Source: Raillietiella orientalis
Taxonomy: Eukaryota
NCBI GenBank assembly: GCA_036172245.1
Contig: JAYWIR010000017.1
Span: 682,001-746,000 of the forward strand
Direction of reading: 5' to 3'
DNA: 64,000 bases
A program made the position numbers and the translations under genes. The notes under the pieces were generated by a model. The model ran no database searches. It saw only the letters and a list, made by a program, of their open reading frames with translations, and was not told the origin of the DNA. Of the stretch, positions 27,601-39,628 are shown piece after piece; position 1 is the stretch's first letter, and every line of letters starts with the position of its first letter.

Positions 27601-28801
27601 ACTCTCTCCTAGACAAGAATCCTCCGTCAGGAGACAAACCCGTGAGGAAGTATCCCAATATGGTGAGGAACATGATTAACCCCAATAAGGTGATACCAGT
27701 CGTCCATTCGTACGCATATGGAAAGTACGTGGGACATCTCCATCTTGTGTTTAATAAGAACAAGCTACAATCTGCAGAAGGATCCCCTATATTTCTTTCA
27801 CAAGAGATTCCAGAAGGTATCGGTCCCTAAAGGCTCTATTTCTTTTCTTTTTTTCTTCATCTCCTTCTTTCCTTCCATGAAGACAAAGAAACCAAGAAGG
27901 AGCTACAGAAATGGAAAGTTGAATTACAGAAAGTGCTGAAGGAAGTTATCACCGTAACCAAGTACGACATCGATGGCCAAACTTGCAGAGAGAAAGAATG
28001 CATGGCCGGAAACATCCAGACGGACGCTCTGGTGTTCCAGGTTTGAGAGAGAGAGCAATATTGAGATCCCTGTGCTCTTTCGTCTCAAGAATTCTCATGG
28101 GTTCAAAAATTCTCGGGGTGATTGGACAGATGCAGCGATCGCCATTTTGGATGGGGGCACGATGCAAGGTCACGTTCCAGCGGGTAAGTCCTATTGACCG
28201 AGGGAAACACTACCACAAGAGCCCTTAGGCAAGTTCACTATGGAGGATTTGCTAACCATGGCTCCATTCAACAACGAAATATGCAAACTTCAATTAACAG
28301 GAAGCACCTTAAAAGAAGCTCTGGAGCATTCGGTCGAGCATTTCGAGAAGAAGTATCGCGCCGAATTCCTCCAGGTCTCAGGTACAATATAACATGAATG
28401 GTTCTTGATAATTATTCACTTGTTCAGGAATCCACGTCACTTATGACCTGAGCAAACCACCAGGCAATCGCGTTGCAGAAGTCAAAGTCCGCTGTGCCAG
28501 GTGCAAAAAGCCCATCTTTGAAACGTTGGACCTCAAGGCTTCCTACACAGTCCTCACTGTGAAATTTATGTCAGAGGGGAGAGATGGCTTCAGCATGCTC
28601 AGGGGCAAAGACAAGTGTACAGGTTTGAAGTTTCTCCATTAACTTAGACAAAAAGGTATATTTCCGGTTGAACTTCTAGGAAAGTTTACGAATATCGAAT
28701 TCGCAAACTATCTCCGCTCGAAGCCTGAATGGAGTTATAAGACGGAAGGACGCATTACTCTGAAAAAAGATGGTCGAATTCTCAAGACGAAAGAGGCATG
28801 A
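21627..28801 (+). CDS. Secreted 5'-nucleotidase/apyrase (CD73/UshA family), 9 exons, about 557 aa. Exons 21627-21974, 25401-25598, 27315-27516, 27613-27816, 27883-28040, 28090-28183, 28229-28381, 28428-28622, 28680-28801
   Basis: Hydrophobic N-terminal leader. Metallophosphoesterase motifs HMSDFHAR, SGDFFSG, CLGNHEFD, ALGHSG and VGGHTHS. Also AYGKYVGHL, CREKECMAGN, FLQVSGIHVTYDLSKPPGNRV, VRCARCKKP, GRDGF and EGRI. All junctions are GT-AG; spliced length is 1674 nt, divisible by 3. Confidence 0.95.
22050..23260 (-). mobile_element. Possible highly decayed MULE (Mutator-like) transposase remnant inside intron 1 of the 5'-nucleotidase
   Basis: The minus-strand fragment GWLIQGAPRIETAENVSRTNWMLPTTFVTAGHCPFHEVFSNLQQ resembles the PRTNN..EG...HP..W.F...L motif of animal MULEs, with TLAFL upstream. 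Very degenerate. Confidence 0.35.
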
Positions 28802-29477
28802 CATGGCTGAGAAAAAAGAGAAAAAAATTTCAGGATTTTCATTTCCTTCATCAGTGTTGTATGTTAAGATATCAGATAATGCAGAAGAAATACAACAGCG
28901 TCATTTCGCGTAATTCGAAAAGATATTCATTCATGCACACCATTCCTCCAATGTGTTCACTCATCTCATATAAAACAACCAGGAGTGCATAAACGTCACT
29001 GCTCCCAAACCTATTGGCAGCTCTTTTCTCCTTCCAGTTCGTTCTCCATGTCATCAATGTTATCTTCTGAGGTCCTTCGATTTTAGTTATCTGTAGGAAT
29101 CTGATGAAACCAAAGGGAGGCAGAGATGTTTCCGAAGGAACAACTCCCAAGGAAAGAAAATGTTGAACGAAAAATTTGTGAGAAACACAGAAAAAGAAAA
29201 GCACCTTCGAAATCTTCCCATTTCTGGTGCATAAAGAGAAAACCGACAAGGCCCACACATGTCTAAAGAAATTTCCTGAAATCACAAGACTGCTTCAGAT
29301 CTGAAAACACCATTTTAGGTCTAGAAAGGACGTTATTGTTCTGGGGAGTGTTTGCAGAGAGTGTTGATATGTAAAAAAGCTAAAGAGAACTCTTTATAGA
29401 GAGGGACTACAAGGCTGAATGATCCTGGGTGGTTCTGTATAATAGTACGCATACCTGGTGCAATGATCTTTTACGAT

Positions 29478-30199
29478 GCTCGCGTCGGAGGCCGTGTGGT
29501 TACGGTGGTCTCCGCGCGTGGCACTATGCGTCGTGTTCTCCAAAGTAATCGACGCAATGCGTCGTGGGTTCAACCCACAAGATGACGCTGGTTGACCTAC
29601 ATTCATCCGGTTGCGGCGCTGGTAGCGGTTCAAACCGGATGCTCCCGATGAAAGCCGGGACAAATGGGAGTCGACCTCCGGGTTCTTCCAGGAATCACGG
29701 AGTAGGGAGTTCTTCCTCTGGTTGTGGAGGAGAGGACCTCCTATTCTGGGGGAACTCCCCGCGTCGTACTGATGGAGTAGGTGTGTCGCCACCATTTCTC
29801 CAAAGAGTGTCGAGAAGCGAGCCGATCCCTTCGGGGAAGCTGCGTCCTGAATTAAAGAAGCGTCGTTTCTGGGTTCTCTTCAGGGGAGTAAAAACAGGAA
29901 CGGATTCCTTGCGGGAAATCCCTCCGGAGAAAAAACTCCAGGATCGGATCTTTTCCGGGTTCCCTTCAGAGGAGAAAGAATAGAGCGGTCCCCCCAGGGG
30001 GTCCTCTGGAGAATGAGGAAGGAGCTTCCCTTCTGGATTCCCCTTCGGAGACAACCAGGTTGAAGGTGATCTCCATTTCCGGGGATCCCTCCCCAGGCGT
30101 GAGAGGAACGGACTCCGAGTCCTTCCGGGATCCATAGGGCGGACTCCTCCCGGGGTACCCCCTATCTTGAAGAATTACCCACCCTTGGGTGGCGTGGAA
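29478..30199. repeat. GC-rich dispersed repeat, copy 2 (inverted relative to 19447-20169)
   Basis: Reverse-complement similarity to copy 1 along its whole length. The ORF translations are also similar (TLWRGGDAPAPSARLG versus TLWRNGGDTPTPSVRRG; GLNRY in both). Confidence 0.9.
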
Positions 30200-31559
30200 A
30201 CGCGTAGAAGAACTGCTAAGACAGAAAAGAATTTCCATCATGCAGACGGTTCTCAATATTGTTGGAGGATTCTAAAGCAGCTCACAATCTGAAACAGGTT
30301 CATGGATGCATGTCAAACAGGAGTGTAATTTTCACTAGTGCATTTGACATTTGCGTAAATACATAGTATGTTAGACATGCAGGATTCAGAACATTTACAG
30401 ATGACCTTCTGAACATTATAAACATCAGATAGTAGGAACAGTCGAGCGGGAATATAATCCAGACAGATGGACTAAATTGTGCGAACTCGCATATAGTAAA
30501 AATGAATCCCAGTCACTTTACAGTTCTCGTAATTGTAAATGATTTCCCACATGATTTCTACATCGATGAGGAAAAACAGGCAAACCTATCCTGGAGACTC
30601 GTATGAATGTAGGATGTCTTCTTGAAGAATTGTAGAACACTAGTGGCAGACAATCCACTCATGAGCTCGTCTGTGACTTCACGAATAAACACATCTTTGA
30701 CTCAGATATATGTATTGTTTGGAGTAAAATCCTATATAGGAGGTATGGAGAGATTCTGACTCATAATCCGATAGCCTCACAAAAAAGCAGAAGTTCAGCT
30801 GCACATACGTTAAATCAGTTGAGGCAGCTATCGATGATGCAGCAGCAGAAGGAACTTTCGCATTGACGAAAGACTAACTCTTATCATTTTTAGATAGAGC
30901 AGTACCACTTAAGAATTTATCATGACTAAGAGCAGTGGTAGATCAGAAATCTCTGCTTCAGACTCTTTGAAACAGTTGAAAGTAGAGTAGAGAAGAGTGA
31001 AAGAGTAAGATCAATTATGGATAGATACATTCTTGTAGATTTATGTCCATCGAAAAATCATTTATCTTCTCTGTGAAAAATGGAAATTAGAGGTAATTTA
31101 CGAGTGCTTCATCATTTACAGTGGCTTGGAGCTCTAAACACAGACCGTCAATAAAAGATTCTGGCCCACTGTAGATGGCCAAAAACACAAAGATGGTGGA
31201 AAAGATGAAAACATATACGTAGATCTCAATTAGATATCTAATGAATTCGTTTTAGGTTTGCCATTGATGTGGAGTGTTCTGTTTTACAAGAATGACAGCT
31301 AAGAATTCCTCAGTCTCCAATGAGGATTGATCATTCTTTCGTGGTCATCGATTTATATGCATACTATAAATCAACGGCATAGTCATTGATTTAATTGTTC
31401 TAGATCCACTGATACGCTTGTTATCTGAGTGCTGTTTACTCTTAGAGCAGCATGGGGGAGTTATGCTGGCATTACAAGAAAAGTGAAGAAACCTTCTTCC
31501 ATCTCAAGGAGACCTCATTGATCTTTCATTAACTGATGTGGCTTGCACGCAGAATCCCC

Positions 31560-31950
31560 GAATCTTAACGAGTCATGCAGTCAACTTTGTTCAGCTTCTG
31601 GATACAACCTTAAGCCTCATTTTAAATGAAACAAGATGCTGCTCAACAAAGATGCAAGATTGCCGGTCTGTTTCTAGATACCGTCACTGGATGCAGGAAC
31701 AGAACAGGCACAATGATTCGCAACTAGGTTTCTAGTTTCTGCTTCTCCGTTCACAAAGTGTTCACAAAAATTCACCAAAATCACGAGAATGGGATCACAT
31801 CCTTCGTGAACAGCACCGATTCGGATAGAGGAAGATGGCGACGATGCTCGCAATTTCGAGGCTGGTCGTCTCTGGACATCATTCCCTTGATCAAGATCAA
31901 GGGAATGATGCAGCCCAGCAAGATGTTCCTAGAACGTTGGGGAAAATGCA
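31560..31950 (+). mobile_element. Degenerate LINE reverse transcriptase fragment (Jockey/CR1-like)
   Basis: DCRSVS (resembling YRPIS) and LREQHRFG*RKMATMLAISRLV...LDQ...DVP, which resembles the QFGFR..ST..A...L....LD......D..KAFD stretch of RT domains 2-3. Confidence 0.45.
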
Positions 31951-33932
31951 TATCTCCTTTAGTCGTTCAAATCGTCTTCTTATCCTGGTTTACTTCTCTT
32001 ATTATTACTTATTAGCTTCGAGCAGTGACAATATTGTGATCGATTTGGGGCCACCCAAAGCACAATAACTGCTCGTTGAAAACTCATATTTATCTAACTT
32101 CATTACAAATTCGTCATCCTCATCCTCAACCCATACTGATCCATTAAATGGTTCCGAGCTTTATGAAGGAAAAAGAACTAAAGCAAGAAAGGAACAAAAT
32201 GGCCAAACATGGGGTTTTCCCCTGATTTTAGATACTCAGCGGGTCAATTTTAAGGTTCATTTTGGTAATAGTGTAATCCTTAATTCCAAATAAAAAGAGA
32301 AGCTGTCCAAGTTGTCATTGATCTTTCTTGCAGAGCTTCCATGAAACAAGCTACGAACCTGCGTTCGGTATTGTACACGCCTTGCATCCAAGTTCAGGAT
32401 GGCAAATCATTCGATTAGTGTTCTCCAAACAGACTGATCATCACTTCGTGTTCTGGTGTTAAATCAATACTAAATTACAACAGGATCATTCTAGTTTGTC
32501 TCACTAAAAACCAGTGAGTCACTGAGCGCTTGTTCCAAGAGTAAAAGATGGGAGAAAAGGAAGGAAGCCACGTTAATGAATGGGTTGGGATTCGTCTTTG
32601 ATGGGCTCTAACTCTTTCAGAGCTCTACACCACCAATCCCGTGAAAAAAGTATTCAGCCTTCGTATCATAGCAGGAATGTCCGATGATAGTGCGTTAAGC
32701 CTTTTCTAGGTACAACTGCAAATTATTAGTCAACAAATCATTTTTAGCAACTTGGTTTTAGAATTAGCAAGCTATTCGATGAAGCAGCCTATTGGACTAT
32801 CTGTTTGCTCGACCTGATACGACCAACATAACTATATTGAGGAATAGATAGGCCATTGGTGAGCCCTCCCACTTCAACGTGCATGACTTTATTAGAAAAG
32901 GTCACACCTATGTGTATGCCTACATATGTGTCGAACTTGGGAGGCTACGTATAGCAAACTCTTCCAAGGGCGTGATGTTGTACAGGCTTGTGCTCTTTCT
33001 TGCTGCTGTTACGGCCACAAGAAAGTTCGGCGTGGAAGTTGTGTTTCTGAAAGACTTTGGAGAAAACTTTCCATGGTTAAGTGTGATTGGATTGATTGTG
33101 TGATTCCTTTCGCCTCTCCATGTGAAGAAGACTGAAATATTTAAACAGTACTAAGTAATCTGACCTAATTCCAACATGATACACATGAAGATTGTGAGTG
33201 ATGAAATTCTCCCGAAATTCTTACAATACAGCTTCTATATTCATCCTAACGAAGATTTTTAATTTGCAACTGTTTTGGGTCGTTTTAACTGTTAAAACCA
33301 GGTGAATAGAATTCTAAACCTGAATCTGAGACCACATGCATTCATTGATGTCTATGGATTGGGATTCAGAAAATCTTCCCTTTGGCAAAATGATGATTAC
33401 GCTGGAATTCCGAAGAGTTCTTTCAAGGACCAAGAAGTACATCCTGCGAAAAGATGTTTTGTGACGAAAGATTTGGTGTGACAATAACAAGAGTGTGGAA
33501 CGTCTTTTCAAAGTGGCATTTGAAAAAGAAAAACGAAACACAGTCTCAATATTGTAAGCAGATTTTAGAACACATACACACAAAACAAATGATAAAGAAT
33601 GGTGAAATTCCTCAATACAAGTAAAGGGCGTAGTTTTAAATGAATATCAAAAATAAAAGGAAAATGTGTATGACAATAATAAGTATTCCAACTCAAGTAG
33701 CTAGAATTGGTTACTGATTTTTAAGGAATGAAGACTAGGTACCTTATCAATGATTCTTTTGTATTACTATTGACATTTTCTAAATTCCGGTTGTTATAAT
33801 TCCATCTTAGCCGCTGAGAAATGAAGGAAGAATGTAAGAGATGATGAGAGGTCAGAAGTACCGTATCTCTGTTTTATAACAATAAAATCTCGGAATATAA
33901 AAAGAAGATGCTTTGCTTAGCCTTTTTGTAAT

Positions 33933-33990
33933 ACATCACACGTCTCTCATCATGTACCGAAGAAATACATGATGAGAGATGTGTGAATGT
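33933..33990. other. Long hairpin: 21-bp stem with one G-T pair and a 9-nt loop
   Basis: tcacacgtctctcatcatgta (33936-33956) pairs with tacatgatgagagatgtgtga (33966-33986); the loop is ccgaagaaa. Confidence 0.85.
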
Positions 33991-35099
33991 GCCATTATGA
34001 ATCATTTTTTAATAAGTTTTTACCTATATTCGTGTTCATCATGTTTGCCGTGAAACATGGCACCATGGAAGATTTCAAGCTCGATCATTGAATGAAGTTT
34101 ACTTTGCAAAGGTTTACACACTTATAACAACTGCTGTGGTCTTTCTTTTTATGTGCTAAATACTTTGGTAATAATGTCAAATCCAGAGGAAGAAAAAAAA
34201 TATCTTTTCGAAATTCTCTTGTAAAACGCATCAAAACATAGGTCCCGGATTACTAGGCATCGAAACTCAAGAACCATAAGATTGCTGCTGTGGAAACACA
34301 AGAAAAATAAATCTTGCGACTTTTGAATCTCAAGGTCAACAGCAAACAACTGGACAAAGTTCTTCGGCAATACGACTTTGCGGAGAAATTCCTTAGTGAT
34401 CGCACAGTAGAGAGTTTAACCTGATCTTGAATTCTTGAATATTTATTCTTTCGAGTTGCGAGTGATAAGAGCGAATAATCCAGTGGATGTGAGATTTTAT
34501 GGATTGATTTCAATTACAACACGATCTAGGGAAGAGTATGATTATACCATTAAGAGGAAGCGAGTTCCATAAATGATGATTCATTCCTGAACGCTTTATT
34601 TGACTGCAGTGACTACATCAGCAGGAAATGGTGAACAAACCTTGCAATTGCTGCTCTCCATTGCATTTCCCCCCCCCCCCTTTCCTTTCCCATTAAACTC
34701 TACCTATCTAGAAATTTTCCGCTCCCCGCCTCCATAAGTCTCGATATAAAGTTCAAAAGTCTCGATATTCTGCTGAAAAAAGTCGTTGTGAAGGTTTACA
34801 GTGACAGATCCTGAGTAGAACAGATGAAGCTTCGATACTTCTGTATTTGTCGAATCTAATGTTCTTGCTTATGGCGGCGTGATTCCTTGCTAGGAGAGAA
34901 ATGAGAAATTCAATGATGAAACGACCACTGTGAGCTTGAATCTCTCTTAATTGATCACAAAGTGTGCAAGAACACCTGCTGCTTTTCCTGTTCTTGACTC
35001 TTTAGGTCATTAATCAAGTTGCGGTGTTTCGTTTGGAAGCAAACGCATTTGACTTTTAAATCTTAAATGCTCGTTTAGCAGGATGAGATATAAGATTTG

Positions 35100-35850
35100 G
35101 GCATTTATGTATACCCAAGTCTATCTGGAGCTTTGATAATGCCTATCCAGCTTGAGAATCATTACATTTACAATACCAGAATCAGTAACATCCATTTCCG
35201 CAAATGGGATCATGGCATCTCGAAGCAGTACTAGGTGCATTTCGTAACACTCTCGAAGCTGAAGCACCTTTATACAAGAGAAAAATTGTAAACATCTGTA
35301 GCTTCCCGGAAACTCTTCGCAGACCGCTCCGGGTTTCTCAGCGATTTCGTCAGAACATGCCTCATCACGGAGCTGAGAATTCCTAGTAAGTTTATCCATC
35401 TCAATCTCGCATGAATTTCATGTAGCGTTTCTTTATACCCATGATGTGTTACGAAATCATATGAACATACAAACTTTCTATCCAAGAACAATCCTTCCTC
35501 TAAAAGCTTGACTTGCATAAACGCTGCCATAATCGTCGAAAACAAAGATTCCGGAGGCTTCGACATCCACACAGGAAATAAAAAAATCCATCTGGATGTT
35601 GTGCTTTTTTTCTTTTTTTTTTTCTCTCATTTTTCTTTGTAACGGAAACTAATGAACAACAATAATATGCATTTTTTGGTACTGTAGATGAGGCAAGATG
35701 CAAGTGCAGGCAGGAGAGAGAGGGAAAATGTGACACTAATGATCACGGATCTTCCTGCATGTATTTGAACGGACTACAAAGGACACACAAGACTGCATTT
35801 GTTGAATACTTAATTATCAAAAACCATCGGCACAGCTCCCCGAAGAATTA
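35100..35850 (-). mobile_element. Decayed Gypsy-type LTR retrotransposon pol fragment (end of RNase H and start of integrase)
   Basis: HHGYKETLHEIHARLRWINL resembles the integrase HHCC zinc-binding domain. It is followed by HLVLLRDAMIPFAE (core L.vD..skF.e), with QIHAGRSVII upstream (RNase H YL.GR.F.I). Frameshifted. Confidence 0.55.
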
Positions 35851-37719
35851 CATTCCTATCAGTATCCATTCACTTACAGATTTCCAACAGGCTACACGAA
35901 CGGCAATCAAAAGATCATGTTTAGGTTTTTGATGCGTGGGCTCTTCTATCGGAACACATGTATGCCCTCCCTGAACAGCAAGAGAAAAGCCAGAAAAGTC
36001 TTTTCTTTAACGTGATCAACTCATAACTATTTTGTACAAGCAGATGAATTGGTAAACTTTGCCATGTAGACTCGCCTCCTATGATTGCCTGCTTTCATTT
36101 CACGTGAGTGAAAGTATAGCTTGCAAATGAATAGTAATGGTTACTGCTTCTCTAATAGCCGTGTATAGCCTAGTAGAATATTCTCAATAAACATATGCTG
36201 CTAATATTCCAACAGCTTTTAAGGTGATTCTTGAAAATCCTTCATAAGCGACGCGAAATCAATGGTCAGAAACAAAGAAAGGAAACCTAGGAATTTCCTG
36301 AATGCTTTAGTTAGAGGTTCTGTCTAGAATGCGATCGTGGTTCCTGCAGGATTCCCAAAAGGAAAAACATCTATTCAAGCATATCTGGATGTATTTATGA
36401 CAAACTCATCTTAAGCCATAAAAACAGAAAACCAAATTCAAAATGTAAACACATTCAGAATTCCTGATCAAGAAGTTGTATTTAGTAATCTTTACTACAC
36501 CGATAAATCTTTAAATTACCTATTTAACAAAAACGTAAATACCAAAATGAATGACCATCAAATAAAGATCAAATCATTAAATTAAATAATACATCGAGAA
36601 CTTTCGAGTGTTTTCATTCACATTCAATTTGACTGCTTTAGTCGGGGAAATTCTGTTTAATTTGAATACTTTAATCTTATAAAATGCTTTTAAATCAATT
36701 GCTTTTCCAAACAGAATGAATTCAGTGCTGCAATGTATGCTCAGCCCTTTTTTGTCTCCCAAGAACTTAAAATGCAATCTTAGCTATAGCACAGAATTCA
36801 GTAATTATGATTTTTCCATTAGAAATATCCTTCGAAAAAGTAAGACTATCTCCTCTGTTCATTCTTAACATTTATATTATGAGTATATAGGAACACACTG
36901 AGTATTATTCGATCTTAGTAGCGATTATGCTTCTGGTTTCCAAGTATCTCGTTTTTATGTCTTTTTCTAGATCTGGAATGCAAGAAACTATGGGATAACT
37001 GAAGTTTCTTTGTTCTATAGATTTTCTCATATTTGAAATAACGGAAAAGTTTCGTTCTGTCTCTTGCTTGGTCCACCATTATGAAAACTTTGTAACCCTG
37101 GACCTAAAGCTCCGAAACCACTGAGTCTTTATTTTTCATCAAATCTCTTCTCTTATTACAGCTGGAAGTGTCGGGAGAAAGATAGTACGACGAGTTTCCG
37201 GATTTTCATGGCTGCAAAGAAAATTTACAACTGTGGATGTTGTAAATAGTCTTAAATAGATATAATACATAATATAAAATTCCGGATATTTTTTAACCAC
37301 TCCCGTTTCAGTCTTGGAGCATGTGGAGTCACACTGATAAACTGTTGCATCGCTGATAAAGACCGTCGAGGGAAACCACTTCCTTATAATTAAAATATTT
37401 TGATATTGAAAATGTGATTGTTGCAGTGCAGCAGCAATTAGTTAGAGAAATTAATTACAATTTAGAGACTGCTCTAACGTTTTCTTTTAACTGGAGTATA
37501 TAAGACCGGAAGTGCGGCGCGCTCCTAGAAACGTATCGATCACGTGCAGCAGTAATTAATTGATAGTTTGCATCTTATTTTTGTAATGTGGAATCTTGCA
37601 ATATTGCAAGTTTTAATGGCATTACTTATATTGAGCGTGTGCTGTGATATAGTAGGCTTCAATGACTCGTGTTGTGTTAAATTATTAGGTGTTTATTGGA
37701 TTATTTTCATTCATTGTGT

Positions 37720-39628
37720 CATTCAAGATATGGGGTGGCAATAGCAGCAACTATTTCGTAAAGAGTGGCTCAAGTGAAGTACTGCTTAAAGACTGGATCT
37801 TAGAAATTCCGAGAAGTGCTGATAAAGCTAAATACAAATTTTGCAAATGCATACTGGCTGCAACACACTGAGATCTATTTTCTCATGGCAAAACGGAGAA
37901 GCATCAGACGGCTGACGCTACATATTCTTCTTCATGAGCACTGGACACTTTTGGTTCAACAAACAAAGATTCTGAAAACGCAGCTGAAGCGTCTTTAAGT
38001 CTTTTCATATCAATAAGAACAGTAGACGATCCCAGAGAACTGTGTATTCTCGGATCATGTAATTGCAAATTGTAATTCCAACTACATCGTCCTAAGCGTA
38101 CCGCTATAATAAGTTTCATAGTGGCATCTCACTTTGTAAAGGCTCTTCTTGATGATATAGGAATTGGTCCTTCCAGTGTTTTAACTGATAAATCCAACGA
38201 TATTCGTGTTACTAAAATGCTAGGAGTCAGTCGGGAAATTATCAGTCAGGAAAAATAGAATCTACTTTTTTAGCATTGGCTGAACTTGACACCTGTGATG
38301 TTGAATCTATTGCTGCTACTGTGAGGGAAACACTTGGTAGTAAAAGATTAAACATGCAAAACATAAAAAGTATTGAAGTCGAAAATGCGACTGTCATGAG
38401 TGGCATAAACGATGGCGTGTGCGCTAAACTGCAGAAGGAATGCCCAGGGCTTGCAATGATCCGTTGCGTATTCACTCTCCAATTGGCTGTCTCTGCAGCC
38501 TCAGATTGCCTTCCTGCTAATATTGACTCTTTAGTGAGAAACCTATAATTGATTTTCCCATTCTGCCTTACGGGAAAATGATTACAAAGCTCTATTTGCT
38601 GCCATGAATGATGGGCACAATCCTAGAAATTCTGTACAGAGGTTCCAGACTCGTTGGCTGTCGATTGAAACTGCAATAAACAGAATTCTGGATCAGTGGG
38701 TAGAAGCTCAGTACTATGTTTAAAATTGCGAGTACAAGAGAGAGAGATTACACAACATCCCTTTTGAATTTTAAGCTTTCTGATGGGAAAAACCTCGCAT
38801 TTCTCCTTTTCCTTCGACCAGTATTGCCCGACATGCAAGGGGCGAACAAATCATTCGAGGCAAGTAATGCCGATCATATTAAGTTCTTGCATGACCTGGC
38901 TGGTTTGGTGGAGAACACGGCCAAGAAGTTTGTGCTTCCGACATGCAAGAAGGAATTCCAAACAGAAAATCTTGATAACTATGTGCTCTGGGGTTCCTAT
39001 CTGGGCTATGAAGTTGAGGAGAAACTACATCAACTCAAACTGCCAGCAGAAGAAGAAACTGACTTCAGAAAAAGGTGCAATATCTTCCTTATTAGGTTAC
39101 ATAAGGGGCTTCAAGCAAGACTGCCTGATAATATGAGAGCGCTAAGATCAATGTGAATAATTTCTGTCTCGTGCTCTTCTTTTTGTCAGGTGTCCATTGA
39201 TACCCCTAATGCAGCATCTCCGAATTCCATCAGAGAAGATAGCAAAAGCAGAAATCCAGTGGACCAATTTAACAAGTGCAAAGTGGGAGAAAACTGCCAG
39301 TACAATTGAATTCTGGAGTGGAGTAGTTAATTATCAAGACTCGTCTGATGTCAATTCATTTGGAAAGTTGGCTGAAGTAGTGACATCTCTCATTGTTCTT
39401 CCATGGTCTAATGTTCAAGTGGAAAGAATCTTCAGCTTGATGAACGTCGTGAAGTCAAAACTACGAAACCGTATGGGAACGGCAATGGTCAATGCAATTC
39501 TCACAATGAGGGAAGGTCTAGAGCGCTCTAACAAATTCTGCAAGGATTATCAATTGTCATCAGAGGTTTTGAGGAAAATAGGAACCTTGGCTGCCTATAG
39601 AAATGAAAGTGGACAAGCTGAGAACTAA
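37720..39628 (+). mobile_element. hAT-family DNA transposase pseudogene
   Basis: BED-like LKDWILEIP..ADKAKYKFCKC, SVLTDKSND (first catalytic D region), ENATVMSGINDGV, IRCVFTLQLAVS (degraded CxxH), TRWLSI, and the hATC dimerisation region EFWSGV...LPWSNVQVERIFSLMNVVKSKLRNRM. Several frameshifts and stops; no convincing TIR pair found. Confidence 0.9.

Noticed and set aside
30400..31000. Possible Gypsy integrase remnant (LVADNP, THNPIAS)
   Set aside because: The motifs are too eroded to support a feature call.
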